DNA from: a virus
Taxonomy: Duplodnaviria; Caudoviricetes
DNA: 56,524 bases
Direction: 5' to 3' (one strand)
IMG/VR virus record: IMGVR_UViG_3300005613_002794
Span: 1-56,524 of that record
Shown here: positions 54,406 through 56,524 of the stretch, in pieces
Layout: every line of letters begins with the position of its first letter
How positions within the stretch are numbered: position 1 is the stretch's first letter
The notes under the pieces: generated by a model
The model's database searches: none
Told to the model about the DNA's origin: nothing
The model's input: only the letters and a program-made list of their open reading frames with translations
Program-made: the position numbers and the translations under genes

Positions 54406-56129
54406 TGGTAGTACAAGCAGTTGCCCTTACGGCTTTAACAACAGCAATGGATGGTCTAAAAGCGACTCTTGAGAAATCCATGGAGTTTGGTGAGAAAGCT
54501 AATAAAGCCTCCTTGGCCTTGGGTATGACATACTCGGAGGCAGAATCAAAGTTAGGCCCAAGCATGGATGGCTTGCGGGGCAGCATTGACCAAAGGTTTG
54601 GGGCTGCGATTAGAACCTTAGAAGCAGGTCTTCAAGGCAACACCACTGGAATTTCTAGGCTAATTAATCAACAAAAACTAACAGGAACACAATCAGCAAA
54701 AACAGCAAAAGCTTTTGCTACTTTGGAAGCTCAACTTGGGTCATCAAGAGATGATACTAATAATTTAGCTGAGTCCCTTATTATCACTAGCCAGGAGTAT
54801 CAGATAAGCACTGACAAGCTCGTAGAAGCCGTTGATGGCCTGAAGGCTACTTTCCCAGCCCAAGCTCTAGCTGGCATGGGAAGCAAGGTCATGGAGGCTA
54901 CCACGCAGCTACAAGCGCAGCTAGGCCCTCAGTTAGCTGGTCCCCTCAATAAAGTAATGAAGATGGTTATGGATACCAGCATGGAGGGTTATGAGCGCCT
55001 TACAAAGCTTGGTATCGGGGATGTTAGAGAACGCTTATCAGCAGCTAAGGATTCAGCGGAAGCTCAAAAAATATTAAAAGAGGCTTTTGTTAAGGCACAA
55101 GAAAACTTTGAATCTGTAGCAGGAAACGCAGCAGAAGGCTTCTTCCAGATCGGCGTAGCTAGTGATATTTTTGGTCAACAGGCAATAAACTTTGGTCTGG
55201 TCGCAGAAGGCTTTGGTAAGAGGGTTAAGACTGAGGCTCAAGAGATGGATAAGTTTGCCAAGCAAATGAATGTGCTTAGGTCTGAAATTCTTTATCCTCT
55301 TCAAAAGCTTTTAACTGATTTCGTGTATCCAGCATTTGTTAGCTTGGCTCAGTTTGTTAAAAAAGTTAGTTTAATATTTCTCGATGGTGTTAGACTGATC
55401 TTAAACAGTTTGACTGGTGTTTATGATGGTGTAAAAAACTTTTTTAGTAAAGTATTCAAACCAATAACGGAATCTTCTGAGTTTGTAAATAAAGCTATAC
55501 ATTTTGGGATTGTTCTGCCTATAGAGCGTTTAAAAATTGTATTTAACTTATTTATGAACGGTCTTGATGGTATTTACTTTGCTACTTTGTTTGTTGCTGA
55601 AGGTCTTTTAAAGTTTGTAAATGATCTCAATATCATGGGTTTTGATGTCGCTGATCTTGGTAGTGAGATTTCTGCGGTTCAAAACCAGATGCTTGAATCA
55701 GGGCTTAGGATAGAAGAACGAAATGCTAAAATGAAAGATAGTGTTGATAGACACTTTATGGACCCTGGTGAATCGGCAAGGAAGTTTAGAGAATCACTGA
55801 AAGAATCAAGAGATGATCCTAATGGGCTAGGCAATAGAATCATGGGTGATATGTTACATACCCTCATGATGACTGAAGAAACGTCTAAGCTTAATCTTAA
55901 AGAAAATCAAGAAACAAACAATAAAACTCCCGAACTAACAACTTCTCCTGAGTTCTTAGATGAGACAGCAAATATGTTAGGTAGGAGTATTGAGAGGATT
56001 CTAGGCATCGGACCAGACATAAGATTGTCTGAAGTCGTAGAGGCTATCGACAGAGGCACTGAGGTAGCTATGGCTAATGGAGACAAGGGTGGGGCATCTT
56101 CATCCACCAAACAGGACTCACTTGAATAA
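54405..56129 (+). CDS. Tape-measure-like protein
   Basis: Long Ala/Gly/Leu-rich helical protein with hydrophobic middle; tail context. Confidence 0.6.
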   Translation: MVVQAVALTALTTAMDGLKATLEKSMEFGEKANKASLALGMTYSEAESKLGPSMDGLRGSIDQRFGAAIRTLEAGLQGNTTGISRLINQQKLTGTQSAKTAKAFATLEAQLGSSRDDTNNLAESLIITSQEYQISTDKLVEAVDGLKATFPAQALAGMGSKVMEATTQLQAQLGPQLAGPLNKVMKMVMDTSMEGYERLTKLGIGDVRERLSAAKDSAEAQKILKEAFVKAQENFESVAGNAAEGFFQIGVASDIFGQQAINFGLVAEGFGKRVKTEAQEMDKFAKQMNVLRSEILYPLQKLLTDFVYPAFVSLAQFVKKVSLIFLDGVRLILNSLTGVYDGVKNFFSKVFKPITESSEFVNKAIHFGIVLPIERLKIVFNLFMNGLDGIYFATLFVAEGLLKFVNDLNIMGFDVADLGSEISAVQNQMLESGLRIEERNAKMKDSVDRHFMDPGESARKFRESLKESRDDPNGLGNRIMGDMLHTLMMTEETSKLNLKENQETNNKTPELTTSPEFLDETANMLGRSIERILGIGPDIRLSEVVEAIDRGTEVAMANGDKGGASSSTKQDSLE

Positions 56130-56524
56130 TGACTAATCGCCATATAGTAGACAGGAATCTCCCTGAAAGAACTAAGCTAATGTTCTATTTCCCAATGCCA
56201 ACAGCGGGGGATAGTTACTACACTGTGGAGATGCCTTTCTTTGAAAATGTCTCCATAAAGGAATCTAAAAAAGCACGTTATCAAAAGTATTCTCTAATTT
56301 CCAGGTCCAGTAATTTGTACAGTTACCTTGGAGCGGATTCTAGAGTGCTAAACCTGACCTTCAACATAAGCCTTCCTCACCTTCTTGAGGAGCATCCTGG
56401 CATTAACTTAGATAAGTATGTAAGTTATATGCAGGACAAGGATAACGAAGAATTAGAAAAACAAAAGTTCAAGGAGCCATATAAGCAGCAATCCATCCCA
56501 GAAGGGATGGCCTTTAGACTCGGA
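56129..56524 (+). CDS. Tail/baseplate protein, 3'-truncated by window edge
   Basis: Open frame MTNRHIVDRNLPERTKL...ISRSSNLYSYLGADSRVLNLTF. Confidence 0.55.
   Translation, partial: MTNRHIVDRNLPERTKLMFYFPMPTAGDSYYTVEMPFFENVSIKESKKARYQKYSLISRSSNLYSYLGADSRVLNLTFNISLPHLLEEHPGINLDKYVSYMQDKDNEELEKQKFKEPYKQQSIPEGMAFRLG

Overview
Fragment of a large T4-related (myovirus-type) dsDNA phage genome. Left to right: a mosaic glycosyltransferase and sugar-modification island (1-8.4 kb); nucleotide, recombination and accessory genes including RecA/UvsX, HNH nucleases, DUF932 and a Clp-type AAA+ protein (8.4-17 kb); a tRNA region with a D-armless Ile(UAU)-like RNA and a tRNA-Leu(UAA) split by a group I intron carrying an antisense HNH gene (17-19.3 kb); accessory genes, a long-variable-arm tRNA-Cys, a sigma-like gene and hexapeptide-repeat proteins (19-30 kb); an A-rich repeat spacer (30.1-30.6 kb); a 7-kb minus-strand array of small genes (30.6-37.5 kb); and a late/replication block with terminase, portal, virion proteins, UvsW, a baseplate-hub gene with a probable -1 frameshift, primase, a PD-(D/E)XK nuclease and a tape-measure-like gene (37.6-56.5 kb). 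The 30.6-37.5 kb array is the main candidate for an undescribed system. Most of its genes are leaderless with their own sigma70-type promoter, seven copies of a composite 11-7-11 palindromic element punctuate it, and it holds an 83-nt tmRNA-like RNA reduced to its tRNA-like domain. All product calls come from recognising motifs by eye; no database searches were run.
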